Shown: positions 1-11,217 of the stretch, in pieces
Layout: each line of letters begins with the position of its first letter
Position numbering within the stretch: position 1 is the stretch's first letter
Source of the DNA: Eledone cirrhosa
Lineage: Eukaryota
Length of the DNA: 64,000 nt
Direction of reading: 5' to 3'
Assembly (NCBI GenBank): GCA_964016885.1
Contig: OZ024766.1
Span: 9,672,001 to 9,736,000 of the forward strand
Made by a program: the position numbers and the translations under genes
The notes under the pieces: generated by a model
The model's input: only the letters and a program-made list of their open reading frames with translations
Database searches by the model: none
Told to the model about the DNA's origin: nothing

Positions 1-563
1 ACCGCTGGGTAAAGAAGTGCCAAGAAATCCCAGTAGAAGGAAGACGTAGTAGAGGAAGACCACGAAAAACATGGGTGGAGGTGGTGAGAGTGAAACAGTG
101 TATAAGAGGGATAAACTAGTGTGCAGGAGAGAAGACTGAGATGGTATGGACATGTGATGCGCATGGAGGATGACCGCTGGGTAAAGAAGTGCCAAGAAAT
201 CCCAGTAGAAGGAAGACGTAGTAGAGGAAGACCACGAAAAACATGGGTGGAGGTGGTGAGAGTGAAACAGTGTATAAGAGGGATAAACTAGTGTGCAGGA
301 GAGAAGACTGAGATGGTATGGACATGTGATGCGCATGGAGGATGACCGCTGGGTAAAGAAGTGCCAAGAAATCCCAGTAGAAGGAAGACGAAGGAGAGGA
401 AGACCACGAAAAACATGGGTGGAGGTGGTGAGAGCAGACCTCAGATCGCTGAAACTCACCGAGAAGATGACGAAGGACCGTGACAAGTGGAGAGATGCTG
501 TGCTAAATAGGACCCGTCCCACCTTTGCAAGCAGGGAAAAGCGGACATAAAATGATGATGATG
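1..563 (+). mobile_element. 3' end of an RTE-clade LINE, preceded by tandem 172-bp copies of its ORF end
   Basis: QERRLRWYGHVMRM...GRPRKTW...RDKWR C-terminal motif, stop at 550, (ATG)n tail; ACCGCTGG recurs at 1, 173 and 345. Confidence 0.85.
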
Positions 564-582
564 ATATATATTAATATAATCG

Positions 583-1806
583 TATACAGAGTGGACTGGG
601 TGTATTTTATTGTGACACCAACACTACCACATTACAGAGTGTACTGGGTGTGTTTTATCATGACACCACCACTACCACTTTACAGAGTGTACTGGGTGTA
701 TTATATCATGACACCAACACTACCACATTACAGAATGTACTGGGTGGGTTTTATCATGACACCACCACTACCACTTTACAGAGTGTACTGGGTGTCTTTT
801 ATCATGACACCAACACTACCACTTTACAGAGTGTACTGGGTGTATTTTATCATGACACCAACACTACTACTTTACAGAGTGTACTGGGTGTATTTTATCA
901 TGACACCAACACTACCATTTTACAGAGTGTACTGGGTGTATTTGATCACTTTACAGAGTGTACTGGGTGTATTTTATCATGACACCAACACTACCACTTT
1001 ACAGAGTGTACTGGGTGTATTTGATCACTTTACAGAGTGTACTGGGTGTATTTTATCATGACACCAACATTACCACATTACAGAGTGTACTGGGTGTATT
1101 TGATCACTTTACAGAGTGTACTGGGTGTATTTTATCATGACACCAACACTACCACTTTACAGAGTGTACTGGGTGTATTTGATCACTTTACAGAGTGTAC
1201 TGGGTGTATTTGATCACTTTACAGAGTGTACTGGGTGTATTTTATCATGACACCAACACGACCACTTTACAGAGTGTACTGGGTGTATTTTATCATGACA
1301 CCAACACTACCACATTACAGAGTGTACTGGGAGTATTTGATCACTTTACAGAGTGTACTGGGTGTATTTGATCACTTTACAGAATGTACTGGGTGTATTT
1401 GATCACTTTACAGAGTGTACTTGGTGTATTTGATCACTTTACAGAGTGTACTTGGTGTATTTGATCACTTTACAGAGTGTACTGGGTGTATTTGATCACT
1501 TTACAGAGTGTACTTGGTGTATTTTATCACTTTACAGAGTGTACTTGGTGTATTTTATCACTTTACAGAGTGTACTGGGTGTATTTGATCACTTTACAGA
1601 GTGTACTTGGTGTATTTTATCACTTTACAGAGTGTACTTGGTGTATTTTATCACTTTACAGGGTGTACTTGGTGTATTTTATCACTTTACAGAGTGTACT
1701 GGGTGTATTTGATCACTTTACAGAGTGTACTTGGTGTATTTTATCACTTTACAGAGTGTACTGGGTGTATTTGATCACTTTACAGAGTGTACTTGGTGTA
1801 TTTTAT
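583..1806. repeat. Minisatellite of ~49-bp then ~30-bp units (CACTTTACAGAGTGTACTGGGTGTATTT core)
   Basis: Visible tandem units; core resembles the antisense RTE 3'UTR segments at 45000-47100 and 63950-64000. Confidence 0.9.
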
Positions 1807-1860
1807 CCTGCTGTTGTCTCACATTCTGTTAATTTCTCTCTCTCTGTCTTCTTTTTCCAG

Positions 1861-2301
1861 CTTTCTCAGCCACAAAGAGTTCCGTTTCCTGATGCAGATA
1901 ATACCCCTGTCGATGCACTTCTGCGGCGTATATTTCCACTCCCTGTGCACAGGTGACTCGCAGCAGCAACAAACAATAACAACAACAACAACAACGACAT
2001 CTTCATTTCTCTCAAAGTCCGACCCCGACAAAAAACCCGCAACGAAAGACTCGGCAGGGGACAGCGACCCGAAAAAGGGCCGAAAGTGGCGCCTCTCAAG
2101 GGCTTACTTCCTGCTGTTGTTTCTAGTGGTCGTCAACGTCCCCGTCGCGCTCTACTTCAGCTTGATCCATCAACGGGGTACGGTGCTTGTCACAAAGTTC
2201 CTTCACGACGACCTCGTCGCCGAGCAGTCGGGGGCGTTGCCGTCGACAACGACCTCTAGGGTGCTCTTTCTGATGCCGTGTCACTCGACACCTTTTTACA
2301 G
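1861..2301 (+). CDS. PIGB: GPI mannosyltransferase 3 (PIG-B), penultimate exon
   Basis: Pyrimidine tract and CAG at 1858-1860; FLSHKEFRF motif, hydrophobic helix, HQRG and LMPCHSTPFY; GTAAAT donor at 2302; 441 nt, phase 2 at both ends. Confidence 0.9.
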
Positions 2302-2316
2302 GTAAATATCGAATAC

Positions 2317-2755
2317 TTGTTGTTGTTGTTGCTGCTGCTGCTGCTGCTGCTGTTGTTGTTGTTGTTCTTCTTCTTCTTCTTCTTCTTCTTCTTCTTCTTC
2401 TTCTTTGCCTTCTTCTTCTTTGCCTTCTTCTTCTTCTTTGCCTTCTTCTTCTTTGCCTTCTTCTTATTCTTTGCCTTCTTCTTCTTCTTTGCCTTCTTCT
2501 TCTTTGCCTTCTTCTTCTTCTTCTTTTTTTTCTTTGCCTTCTTCTTTGCCTTCTTCTTTGCCTTCTTCTTTGCCTTCTTCTTCTTCTTCTTCTTCTTCTT
2601 CTTCTTCTTCTTCTTCTTTGCCTTCTTCTTCTTCTTTGCCTCCTTCTTCTTTTTCTTCTTTTTCTTTTTCTTTTTTTCTTTTTGTTTTTCTTCTTTTTCT
2701 TTTTCTTCTTTTTCTTCCTTTTCTTTTTCTTTTTCTTTTCTTTTTCTTCTTCTCC
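2317..2755. repeat. Compound (GTT)/(GCT)/(CTT)n microsatellite
   Basis: Direct reading. Confidence 0.95.
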
Positions 2756-2789
2756 CACTTATATATATATATATATATGTCTATGTGTG

Positions 2790-3306
2790 TATCATCATCA
2801 TCATCATCTTCATTTAACGTCCATTTTCCACGCCAGCAAGGGTTAGACGGGAGTTGTCCCACTTGAGGCAAGGTTGGTCGGGTGACCGTGTCTCGCTCGT
2901 ATAGGACTATCTGGCAGGTTTTCTACGGCTGGATGCCCTTCCTAACACCAACCACGTTTACAGTGTGGAACTGGGAACCTTTTACCGTGACACCTACACG
3001 GCCACATTACAGCGTGGACTGTGTGTTTTTTCTCGTGACACCTACACGATCTCGATCTCATTATCTCATTTATTTGGACTGGATGTTGTGGTACCAACTT
3101 TACAGAGAGAGGGTGGTGTTGGTGGGAGTGGGAGGATAGGGTAGGGGTAGTGGATTGGGGTGTATATTCGGTTAAGAGGTGCTCACTGACTGTAGGTTTC
3201 GCTTTGTACTTAGGCAAGGTGGGTCTTCTGTATTACTGCGTAGCGCCAAAGATCTCGGTCCAGAGGCATTGTCTTAGAGAGGTGCAAGTGTGTGAGGTCG
3301 GAATTT
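2790..3306 (-). mobile_element. RTE LINE 3'UTR and ORF end, 5'-truncated
   Basis: (CAT)n-TTTAACGTCC tail; homologous to the 28345-28963 and 36085-37810 copies. Confidence 0.8.
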
Positions 3307-3474
3307 ATATATATATATAAATTTGGAGTATATGTTGGTTGTTTACCGACACCTCAGTATGCAGATTGGAGCACGCGACGAAGTACGCAGGTTGGTTTGG
3401 TTACTCCGGAGTAATGTAAAATAATTAAGTCAAATATTTAAAATTTGGCTTCGTTTATTACAAATTAAAGATGT

Positions 3475-3529
3475 ACTGCTATATATATTTCGGTGACAGC
3501 CATCACTGGCTGTGACCTCTTCAGGCAGT
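3475..3529 (-). ncRNA. Minimal type-I hammerhead ribozyme
   Basis: Reverse complement reads ACTGC-CTGAAGA-GGTCACAGCCA/TGGCTGTCACC-GAAA-TATATAT-A-GCAGT. Confidence 0.8.
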
Positions 3530-3790
3530 CCGAATTGGTGTGGAAAAGACAGGTACACATGTTGTTGAAGTGTGTTTTACTCCATCAATACATCGATATC
3601 TCCAGCCTCTGGTTGTGTTGTTATTTCTCTGAGGAACTGAAATCATATCATATATCATTCCATCATATCATATATGATTCCAGTTCCTCAGAGAAATAAC
3701 AACACAACCAGAGGCTGGACATATCGGAGTATTGATGGAGTAAAACACACTTCAACAACATGTGTACCTGTCTTTTCCACACCAATTCAG

Positions 3791-3845
3791 ACTGCCTGAA
3801 GAGGTCACAGCCAATGATGGCTGTCACCGAAATATATATAGCAGT
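3791..3845 (+). ncRNA. Minimal type-I hammerhead ribozyme (sense, in PIGB intron)
   Basis: Stem I ACTGC/GCAGT, core CTGAAGA...GAAA, palindromic stem III AUAUAUAU, AUA site. Confidence 0.8.
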
Positions 3846-3896
3846 ATATCTATAATTTATAATAAACGAAGCCAAATTTTACATATTTAAATTAAT

Positions 3897-3933
<37 letters not shown>

Positions 3934-4054
3934 TACTCTTTTACCATCATCCGGCTGAGGCCATGCTGGGGCACTGTCGTTATTGCCACAGGTTTTATCT
4001 TCAGTCTGTGATGGCTGGCCATTGGTGTAAGAGGGAGTTTGTTGCTGCTGCTCT

Positions 4055-5286
4055 TGTAGGTTGAGGAAGAGAGCAAAAGGAAGAAAGGAGCACTTGCACA
4101 ACATGCTCCTGAAGTTGGGGGTTGTTCTATCGACGGGGTATTAAACAACCCATTTGTGGCGCCTCCCCCCTGTTGAGGATTTCGATTGTTGTAATTGTTT
4201 GTTTTTATATTTTTTACACGACTGTATGTAAAATCCCCGGCATGTCTTTGTATTGTCCCCTTTTCTTGTGCGCCCTTGTGGCAAATAAAGGAATATATCT
4301 GTCTACCTATCTGTGGAGAGAATGGCCCGAGTGATTGGGCCTTCTCTGTATATAATCCTGTAGGTTGAGGAAGAGAGCAAAAGGAAGAAAGGAGCACTTG
4401 CACAACACGCTCCTGAAGTTGGGGGTTGTTCTATCTACGGGGTATTAAACAACCCATTTGTGGCGCCTCTCCCATATTGGGGATTTTGATTGTTGTAATT
4501 GTTTGTTTTTATATTTTTTACACGACTGTATGTAAAATCCCCGGCATGTCTTTGTATTGTCCCCTTTTCTTGTGCGCCCTTGTGGCTAATAAAGAAATAT
4601 ATCTATCTATCTATCTACGCATTCATACACTGCCCGGGCGTCACTGACCTGTGGGGCTATGTAGAACGACTATTGTCGAGGGTGGGACCAGTCCAGTTGA
4701 CCACCGAGTCCATTGTCATGATCAAACCGCCACCCTCCTTCAAAAACGAAGGAGAGGCGGTTTTCCTTTGTGTGATAGCTATGGCGAAAGAGGTTGTATG
4801 GTGGACAAGGTTGAAAGGGCTGAGGTCAGACACCTTTCTCTCCGGCCAACAACTGATTCTTTTTTTCAAATACCACTTTGGAAGAAGAATCAGGATGGAG
4901 AGAGAGGTGCTGTACCCCAGCAAGTTTTATGAAAGGTGGGTGAAAGTGGCGAGAATGGCCCGAGTGAATGGGCCTTCTCTCTATATCAGCCTGTAGGTTG
5001 AGGAAAAGGAGGAGGAGAGGAAGGGAGTACAAACTCTTCGTACTCCTGGAGATGAGGGTTGCACATTTTTTTTGGGGGGTATGTGTTACCCATATAAACT
5101 GTCTCCCTCTATTGGGGAAAATCGACTAACTTTTTAAATTCCATCTGTGATAACATTTTACACGTTTTTATTGTATGTAAACTTCCCCCTTTGTATTTGT
5201 CCCCTTCTTTTGTGCCCCTGTGGCTAATAAAGAAATATATCTATATATAAATATCTATCTATCTATAAATATATATCTATCTATCT
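4055..5286 (+). mobile_element. Three head-to-tail 5'-truncated Tx1/L1-like LINE 3' ends
   Basis: ORF end AFIHCP..DLWGYVE..KEVVWWTR..ERW (about 4618-4996); shared TGTAGGTTGAGGAA 3'UTR start, AATAAA and (TATC)n tail three times. Confidence 0.65.
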
Positions 5287-5587
5287 CAGCACTTGTGAGG
5301 GCAAGCTCACCTTTATCATTCCGGATACACTTCTCTCCAATGACATCACAACTATCTCTGACACACTGCCTCGCAATCTTGAATACCTCCTGTTTCTGGT
5401 CCTCACGTTGTAAAACATGCTTGAATTTTCTATCCTCTGCTTCCCTCCTAGCTAAGTATACTTGTCGCCTAGCTTCCCTCTTGGTCTCTATGTAATGTAC
5501 CCTGCTCCCCCCGTTCTTCCATTCTTTCCATGCCTGTCTCTTGGCCTTGACTGCTTCATCTACCTTATTGTTCCACCACCAAGTCAC
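5287..5587 (-). mobile_element. Internal RTE LINE ORF fragment (endonuclease-RT linker)
   Basis: TWWWNNKVDEAVKAKRQAWKEWK...VFKIARQ...DVIGEKCIRNDKG. Confidence 0.8.
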
Positions 5588-5613
5588 AAGTATCTATATC
5601 TACCTATTTCCAG

Positions 5614-5947
5614 CTATGTCCACAGACAGGTGCCAATGAGGTTTCTCACCTGTGAACCGAACCTGTCCCAAGCCGACCCCTACACAGACGAAGCCGACCG
5701 TTTCTACGAAGGCCCGTTGAAGTGGCTGACCAGCGAGTACAACACCACGACCACGGCCGGTGACACAGTTGCTCTACCGACTCACATCGTCTATTTCTCT
5801 GACCTCCACAGGACTCTGTTCCCTTACCTTGACCGGTCAGGCTTTCGAAAGTGCGGCCAGTTCTTCCACACCCATTTCCCCGAGGGGTGGGGCAGTACCC
5901 ATGTATTGGTCAGTTGCAGAAGACCGCTAAGACGATCTCAGCAGTAA
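5614..5947 (+). CDS. PIGB: GPI mannosyltransferase 3 (PIG-B), last coding exon
   Basis: CAG acceptor at 5611-5613; joins in phase (AG|C = Ser) to YVHRQVPMRFLTCEP..DEADRFYEGPLKWL..PTHIVYF..FFHTHF; TAA at 5945-5947. Confidence 0.9.
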
Positions 5948-6039
5948 CAGCAGCAGCAGCAGCAGCAATTGCTGCTGCTGCTGTCCTAATGCCTTAAAGT
6001 GTGATGGTGGTGGGTAGTGGTATAGTGGTGGTGGGGGTA

Positions 6040-6682
6040 CGGTGGGGGCAGGCATGGTTGTTGAGTGGGGGTGGGGGGAGTGTGTGTGGGGGTGGGTGGA
6101 GGGGGCAGTTATTGGGTGAGTGTTTGAGTGTGAAGTTGGGTGGGGGTGGTGGGGGCAGGCATGGTTGTTGAGTGGGAGTGGGGGGAGTGTGTGGGGGTGG
6201 GTGAAGGGGGCAGTTATTGGGTGAGTGTTTGAGTGTGAAGGTGGGTGGGGGTGGTGGGGGCAGGCATGGTTGTTGAGTGGGAGTGGGGGGAGTGTGTGGG
6301 GGTGGGTGAAGGGGGCAGTTATTGGGTGAGTGTTTGAGTGTGAAGGTGGGGTGAGGGTGGTGGGGGCAGGCATGGTTGTTGAGTGGGAGTGGGGGGGAGT
6401 GTGTGTGGGGGTGGGTGGAGGGGGCAGTTATTGGGTGAGTGTTTGAGTGTGAAGTTGGGTGGGGGTGGTGGGGGCAGGCATGGTTGTTGAGTGGGAGTGG
6501 GGGGAGTATGTGTGGGGGTGGGTGGAGGGGGCAGTTATTGGGTGAGTGTTTGAGTGTGAAGTTGGGTGGGGGTGGTGGGGGCAGGCATGGTTGTTGAGTG
6601 GGAGTGGGGGGGGAGTATGTGTGGGGGTGGGTGGAGGGGGCAGTTATTGGGTGAGTGTTTGAGTGTGAAGGTGGGGTGAGGT
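6040..6682. repeat. G-rich ~106-bp minisatellite (~6 copies)
   Basis: GGGGGCAGGCATGGTTGTTGAG recurs at about 6044, 6151, 6256, 6362, 6470 and 6577. Confidence 0.9.
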
Positions 6683-7019
6683 GGTGGAGGGGTGTATTAA
6701 GGGTATATGTGTGTATGGGGGGAGGGGGCTCGACAGGGGATGGGGACGTGTGTGGCGGGGTGGTGGTTTGGGGATGGGGGGGAGGGGGCTAACGCTTTTT
6801 TGTTGCTATTTTAAATTATATATTAAAAGTATATATATATGTGTATGTATATATATATATGTATGTATGTATGTATGTATATATATGTATTTTGTTTATT
6901 GAGCTGTTGTTGTTGTTGTTGTTGTTGTTTAACCCTGGGTCAGTCTTGATGCTGTTGACCAGTGGACCAGAGATGATCTCTCTCTCTGTTTCACCTATGA
7001 AAGCTCAGAAGATAGATAA

Positions 7020-7900
7020 GTGGTGGTGGTGGTGGTGATGGTGTGATGATGATGGTGGTGGTGGTGTGATGATGGTGGTGGTGGTGGTGATGGTGGTGTC
7101 GTGATGATGATGGTGGTTGTGGTGGTGTCGGTGATGATGGTGGTGATGGTGGTGGTGATGGTGTGATGGTGGTGGTGTCGGTGGTGGTGATGGTGTGATG
7201 ATGGTGGTGGTGGTGTGATGATGGTGGTGTCGGTGATCGTGTGATGATGGTGGTGGTGGTGTCGGTGGTGGTGATGGTGTGATGATGGTGGTGGTGGTGG
7301 TGTGATGATGGTGGTGTCGGTGATGATGGTGGTGGTGGTGGTGGTGTCGGTGGTGGTGATGGTGTGATGATGGTGGTGGTGGTGGTGGTGGTGTCGGTGA
7401 TGGTGGTGGTGGTGGTGGTGTCGGTGGTGGTGATGGTGTGATGATGGTGGTGGTGGTGTGATGGTGGTGGTGTCGGTGATGATGATTGTGGTGGTGGTGG
7501 TGGTGGTGTCGGTGATGATGATGGTGGTGGTGGTGGTGGTGATGGTGGTGGTGTCGGTGATGATGGTGGTGGTGGTGGCAGTGGTGATGATGATGGTGGT
7601 GGTGGTAGTGATGGTTGATGATGGTGGTGGTGTCGGTGATGATGGTGGTGGTGGTGGCAGTGGTGATGATGATGGTGGTGGTGGTAGTGATGGTTGATGA
7701 TGGTGATGATGGTGGTTGTGATGGTGATTATGGTTGTGATGGTGGTGGTGGTGATGTTGGTGGTGGTGGTGGTGGTGGTGTTGGTGATGGTTGATGGTGG
7801 TGGTGGTGTTGGTGATGGTAGTGATGGTTGATGATGATGATGGTGATGGTGGTGGTGGTTGTGGTTATGGTGGTAGTGGTGGCGTTGGTGACGATGATGG
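7020..7900. repeat. (GGT/GAT)n low-complexity tract
   Basis: Direct reading. Confidence 0.95.
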
Positions 7901-7929
7901 TGTGGGTGCTTTTTGCTGTTTCACCATCA

Positions 7930-9530
7930 CAACCACCTCTCCATTATCCTCTATGGAGGAGCAGAAATGTGGCCCCTCACCAAGACCGTGGCAAAGTGGA
8001 TTAACGGCTTCGATAGCTGAGCCCCCTGGGGACCCTGAAGAACATGAGATGGTACCCCCATCTTTCCAACCAAGGGCTGCATGCCTGGACACCTCCTGCC
8101 AGATAATCCTACCAGGGCCTTACTCTCATTCAACACATCAGTTACGGGCTGGAAGAAGCCTTGTGGAAGGCCCTACACCAGATGGTTGGAAGAAGGTCCC
8201 TTGGCAAACCCTGTGGAATGCCCTGCAACAGATGGTTGGAAGAAGGTCCTTTGGCAAACCCTGTGGAATGCCCTGCACCAGATGGTTGGAAGGAGGCCCC
8301 TTGGCAAACCCTGTGGAAGGCCCTACACCAGATGGTTGGAAGAAGGTCCCTTGGCAAACCCTGTGGAATGCCCTGCAACAGATGGTTGGAAGGAGGCCCC
8401 TTGGCAAACCCTGTGGAAGGCCCTACACCAGATGGTTGGAAGAAGGTCCCTTGGCAAACCCTGTGGAATGCCCTGCAACAGATGGTTGGAAGGAGGCCCC
8501 TTGGCAAACCCTGTGGAAGGCCCTACACCAGATGGTTGGAAGAAGGTCCCTTGGCAAACCCTGTGGAATGCCCTGCAACAGATGGTTGGAAGAAGGTCCT
8601 TTGGCAAACCCTGTGGAATGCCCTGCACCAGATGGTTGGAAGGAGGCCCCTTGGCAAACCCTGTGGAATGCCCTGCACCAGATGGTTGGAAGAAGGTCCT
8701 TTGGCAAACCCTGTGGAATGCCCTGCAACAGATGGTTGGAAGAAGGTCCTTTGGCAAACCCTGTGGAATGCCCTGCAACAGATGGTTGGAAGAAGGTCCT
8801 TTGGCAAACCCTGTGGAATGCCCTGCACCAGATGGTTGGAAGGAGGCCCCTTGGCAAACCCTGTGGAATGCCCTGCACCAGATGGTTGGAAGGAGGCCCC
8901 TTGGCAAACCCTGTGGAATGCCTTGCAACAGATGGTTGGAAGGAGGCCCCTTGGCAAACCCTGCACCAGATGGCTGGAAAAAGCCCAATGCGTGGCCCTG
9001 CCCCAGATGGCAGGAAGAGGTCCTTGGTTGGCCCTGCATTAAATGGCTGGAAAAAGCCCAATGCCTGGCCCTGCCCCAGATGGCAGGAAGAGGTCCTTGG
9101 TTGGCCCTGCATTAAATGGCTGGAAAAAGCCCAATGCCTGGCCCTGCCCCAGATGGCAGGAAGAGGTCCTTGGTTGGCCCTGCATTAAATGGCTGGAAAA
9201 AGCCCAATGCCTGGCCCTGCCCCAGATGGCAGGAAGAGGTCCTTGGTTGGCCCTACACCAGATGGCTGGAAGAGGTCATTGGTTGGCCCTGCCCCAGATG
9301 GCTGCAAGAGGTCCCGTGGCCAAGCACCAGAGGGCTAGAAGAAGGCCCATGGCTGCCTATGATCAAGGAAGTTTTCCAGAAGCTTGACATCACCTTGGAG
9401 GATGCAGAAGGGACTGACACGGGACTGACCGCCGGCGGAGGGCACAGGTGGACCTGGTCAGCTCTCTATGCACGATGACACTCCTGGGATCGCTGACCTA
9501 AGATGACACCAGTTCCACTATGCAGCAACA
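7930..9530 (+). mobile_element. Decayed RTE-like LINE 3' region with internal 50-bp (~8171-8963) and 73-bp (~8969-9260) tandem expansions
   Basis: Frameshifted pieces YGGAEMWPLTKT..INGFDS, GHLLPDNPTRALL..GWKKPCGRPYTRWL and MIKEVFQKLDITLEDA; the repeats copy the GWKKP-GRP-TRWL segment. Confidence 0.65.
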
Positions 9531-9761
9531 AAATGGAGGTAAAGACACTTCTATGTCTAGATGTGGGTAAGTTGAAATATTTCTAAGTGCTACATAACCC
9601 TATTTATGACAAAATGGACCCTCTGGTCAGAACAAGGTTTTACAACCCTGTCAATATGTAAAGTAGGGGTTCTCTCTGCTAACAATGGAGTATGGAAAAT
9701 ATATATTTATTGTACCTAATTCACTAATTCAGTATTTGTCATGGTAAATTATGAATTATAT

Positions 9762-9799
<38 letters not shown>

Positions 9800-9965
9800 T
9801 GTTTTATGTCCACTTTTCCCTGCTTGCAAGGGTGGGACGGGTCCTATTCAGCACAGCATCTCTCCACTTGTCACGGTCCTTCGTCATCTCCACCGTGTGA
9901 GCTTCAGCGTTCTGAGGTCTGCTCTCACCACCTCTGCCCATGTTTTTCATGGTCTTCCTTTAACT

Positions 9966-9966
<1 letters not shown>
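9762..9966 (-). mobile_element. RTE LINE 3' terminus
   Basis: Reverse complement of 400-563 with (CAT)n tail. Confidence 0.8.
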
Positions 9967-10024
<58 letters not shown>

Positions 10025-10031
10025 TTTAACT

Positions 10032-10072
<41 letters not shown>

Positions 10073-10154
10073 GTTATTCCGGGTTGAATCGGAGGTAACC
10101 ACAGTAAGTAAGGTACTCAATACATTGCAGAGTATAAAAGTTTAATATAGATGA

Positions 10155-10203
10155 GATTCTACAGGACTAGAACTGTTTCATTCTTTAGAAATCATCAGGA
10201 ATC
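10155..10203 (-). ncRNA. Type-I hammerhead motif inside palindrome 10145-10257
   Basis: GATTC-CTGATGA-TTTCTAAAGAAT-GAAA-CAG..CTG-TA-GAATC. Confidence 0.65.
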
Positions 10204-10454
10204 ATGATGATTTCTAAAGAATGAAACAGTTCTAGTCCTGTAGAATCTCATCTATATATATATTTGGGGAGGGTCATATTTGTGTAATAATATTGCCAGA
10301 ATTAATAACAGAACACACTCACTGTTTGGTTGGTTTTCGCTTCTGTGTCTTTTATATCGGTTAATTTAATTTATTCGGTCCCCACTGTTACCATTGACTG
10401 ACCAACGGTCATAAATACAGATACAATATATACACAAACACATATATATAGTCT

Positions 10455-10496
10455 ATCAAAGTTCTTTCGTTGCACATCTGCAACATCGTCAGTGGT
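10455..10496 (-). ncRNA. Minimal hammerhead motif
   Basis: ACCA-CTGACGA-T-GTTGCA/TGCAAC-GAAA-GAACTT-TGAT; one stem I mismatch. Confidence 0.55.
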
Positions 10497-10602
10497 GCTA
10501 TTATGTTTCCTCCTGTTGCATTGTATGCCTACGCCATCTTTATTTAGTCTGTTTATTTATTTATTTCATATCAAAAACCTCGCAAAACTATATATATATA
10601 TA

Positions 10603-10832
10603 TATATAATATAAGATCAAAAGATGGTTAAAGGAGTTCCATGTATTTTATTATGCGCATTTCAAAAACAAACATCATCAGTTTTTGAAATGCGCATAAT
10701 AAAATACATGGAACTCCTTTAACCATCTTTTGATCTTATATTATGTATACTCCAGTCCTACAAACTGTAGAGTGCTTCTTATCCGATATCTGCATTGCTT
10801 TATTGTACTACAATAAAACTCACCTCCTACAT
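10603..10832. mobile_element. Penelope-like terminal-repeat remnant; palindrome 10603-10744 folds back inside hammerhead stem II
   Basis: GAAATGCGCATAATAAAAT half-ribozyme in both arms; same family as 14450-14732 and 54008-54285. Confidence 0.7.
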
Positions 10833-10934
10833 ATATATATATATATGTATGTAAAAAGTAAACAGAAATAACAAATGGTACAGTATATGGAAGGGATATA
10901 TTAGGTTAACACTTAATATAGGAAGAAGGGGGGG

Positions 10935-10970
10935 TCTTAACGTTTCGGACGCTAGTCCTTCATCAGAAGA
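10935..10970 (-). ncRNA. Minimal type-I hammerhead ribozyme
   Basis: TCTT-CTGATGA-A-GGAC(TAGC)GTCC-GAAACGTT-AAGA; palindromic stem III ACGU. Confidence 0.8.
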
Positions 10971-11217
10971 AAGAATGAGAAATAAGATAGATTGAAGGGA
11001 CGGTGGGGTGGAATTGGAAAAAAATGTCTTTAGATAAAAATAACAGGTCTATTCATGTTGACATCTCTATATTAAGAATAGTAATAAATGGAAAATATCA
11101 CTATAGCATCATATTTATTTTATTATATATATTTCAAGGATGCTTTCAAAAGATAAAATACAATATTTGATGTATAAGATAGTGACAATGGATGTCATAT
11201 ATATATATATATACATA

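Larger units (their letters stand above)
3419..3901. mobile_element. ~240-bp-arm palindrome, Penelope-like terminal-repeat remnant with a hammerhead in each arm
   Basis: Arms are near-perfect reverse complements centred near 3660; (TA)n on the right. Confidence 0.75.

Noticed and set aside
7791-9478. Overlapping W/C/P-rich ORFs
   Set aside because: 50/73-bp repeats (not multiples of 3) within a decayed LINE
11116-11160. Hammerhead-like motif on the - strand
   Set aside because: Core decayed to CTTTTGA; counted only as a family remnant
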